Shown here: positions 62,607 to 64,000 of the stretch, piece by piece
Layout: each line of letters begins with the position of its first letter
Numbering within the stretch: the first letter of the stretch is position 1
Assembly: GCA_051047955.1 (NCBI GenBank)
Contig: JBPGPT010000001.1
Span: forward strand, 992,001 to 1,056,000
Direction of reading: 5' to 3'
Source: Cystobasidiomycetes sp. EMM_F5
Taxonomy: Eukaryota
Length of the DNA: 64,000 bases
The notes under the pieces: model-generated
Databases searched by the model: none
Told to the model about the DNA's origin: nothing
Seen by the model: the letters and a program-made list of their open reading frames with translations, nothing else
Position numbers and translations under genes: made by a program

Positions 62607-64000
62607 CAAAGAAGGGATGTTAACGCGTTCAGCGAAAGCGATGTGGAGATAATCACTTGGGCAGTATGCGCAGGGGGAGACCACTCAAAAGTATCAAGTG
62701 GAAGTCCTGACATCTGCGACAGTCTGGAACGTTGTTGAGTACCTGCAACTTCGGGTACAGAGGAGATGCGCTTCGAGAATGGTGGTCGTGACCTTCAGTA
62801 CCGGACCGAACTTCTATTTACATCCCTGTTACTTGGTGCGTGTTGATTTGTGCTTTATCGCCAGGCCGAAGAATGACCATGGTGTGAGCGCAAAACAGCG
62901 TCATCGTACAGCTATAACATCGTTAACTAGCAAATAGCCTGTGTGCCGGACATCAGCCGCCAACCTTGACATGCGCATAAACACGCACTGTTGCATCTAG
63001 CACCCTCTCTTGCGATATTTCGGATGATAGCGAAACGAAGGCACGCGCGTAATAGTCGCGTCAATGCTTTCCAAGGTGTCTCATGCTTGCGCAGACCCTT
63101 GATCTGTCGGACTTGCAGAGCGTCCTGATCTACATATGCTTGGACAAGCGTGCACATATCGCCATGTACAACCTTGTCATCACCAGGCGCAGATTGGTGT
63201 GAAGTCTCAGCGATCTACGCATTCCAGCTCAATGAGCATAAAAGAAAAGACGCCTGCTGCAGTATTGACGACACACTGCTTTGCGGAGGTCAGAAGGTAG
63301 GCTTCAGATGCAGTACTGGATCGCGCTTGGATAATGTTCGCGTTGCGGTCCTCAGTGTTGCTCGTTGATACAATGCCGAAGCCATTCGCATTTGATTCGA
63401 TGTGCTTGACGTTGTTCAAACGCACGCGTCGTTGATGGGCGTAATGATATGTATTGTTATATGGATATTCACAATGGCTCGTTGAGAAAGAGGGTTTTTG
63501 GTAAAACTTGATTCAAGGCAGTCTCTTCCAAGACAGGATGTTTGCGCGTACTCCATCACAGAATCATGGTCAGAGATGATTCTTGACGGTATGCGTAGAC
63601 ACTAGTTGCATTTGCGCTGACGTTGACCGGTCAGTAGCCACCCAGCAGTGTCTTGGCTGACGCAGGGTATATACGGCTTTCTAGACGAGGACCGTAGGAA
63701 ATGCTCTATAACGTAGCAAAGAAGGTGAATATCACTTGCGTCATGCGTCAGAGAGAATGGACGTCGTCGAGATCGACTTGATGGTACCCGATTCGCCGAT
63801 TCGGACGGCGGCACGAGGATGCCAGTCCACCCGGGTGAGGCACCGCAAACGAGAAGGGTCTCGATCATGTTCGGGTCAGCAAAGATAGTCAGTTGTGTTG
63901 CGTTATGTGTGCAGAAGAGATACCGCAAGACGCTGCGGCTTGTAGCTGCGTTGTCTGAGTTATCAGTGTGGCGTACCCAAAAGAGGTCGCACCTCAACGA

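Overview
Gene-dense, intron-rich fungal nuclear DNA. Introns are mostly 50-70 nt with GT...CTRAC...YAG signals, and intergenic gaps are often only 60-250 bp. It is most likely a basidiomycete yeast with a compact genome; this is inferred from gene content such as muskelin, an Ash1-type SET protein and a CPS1-type GT2. I reconstructed about 32 protein-coding genes by joining ORF fragments across introns by eye: two Zn2Cys6 transcription factors, muskelin, GtaA-type glutaminase, Ash1-like methyltransferase, prefoldin 4, a single-barrel MetE-like enzyme, pterin-carbinolamine dehydratase, MVD1, ILV1, a PhyH-like dioxygenase, an SDR, a nucleotide-sugar transporter, RidA, PEX2, an ECM14-like pseudopeptidase, BRX1, RRP40, a CPS1-like GT2, CBR1, BET5, a cysteine-synthase-like protein, NOP53, UTP13, GLN4, SQR and six uncharacterised proteins. 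I saw no transposon, tRNA, rRNA, riboswitch, CRISPR or secondary-metabolite backbone gene, and I cannot support a clearly new multi-gene system. The best leads are a candidate Nse6/SLF2 orthologue with an MCB box, an intronless Spt23/Mga2-like DNA-binding protein, a dual-start (mitochondrial/cytosolic) core MetE-like enzyme, a TULIP-like membrane-anchored protein, an N-truncated Nop53, three GC-AG introns that share a GCGAG donor, and paired ribosome-biogenesis genes. Gene boundaries and family calls come from motif recognition and were not checked by database search.
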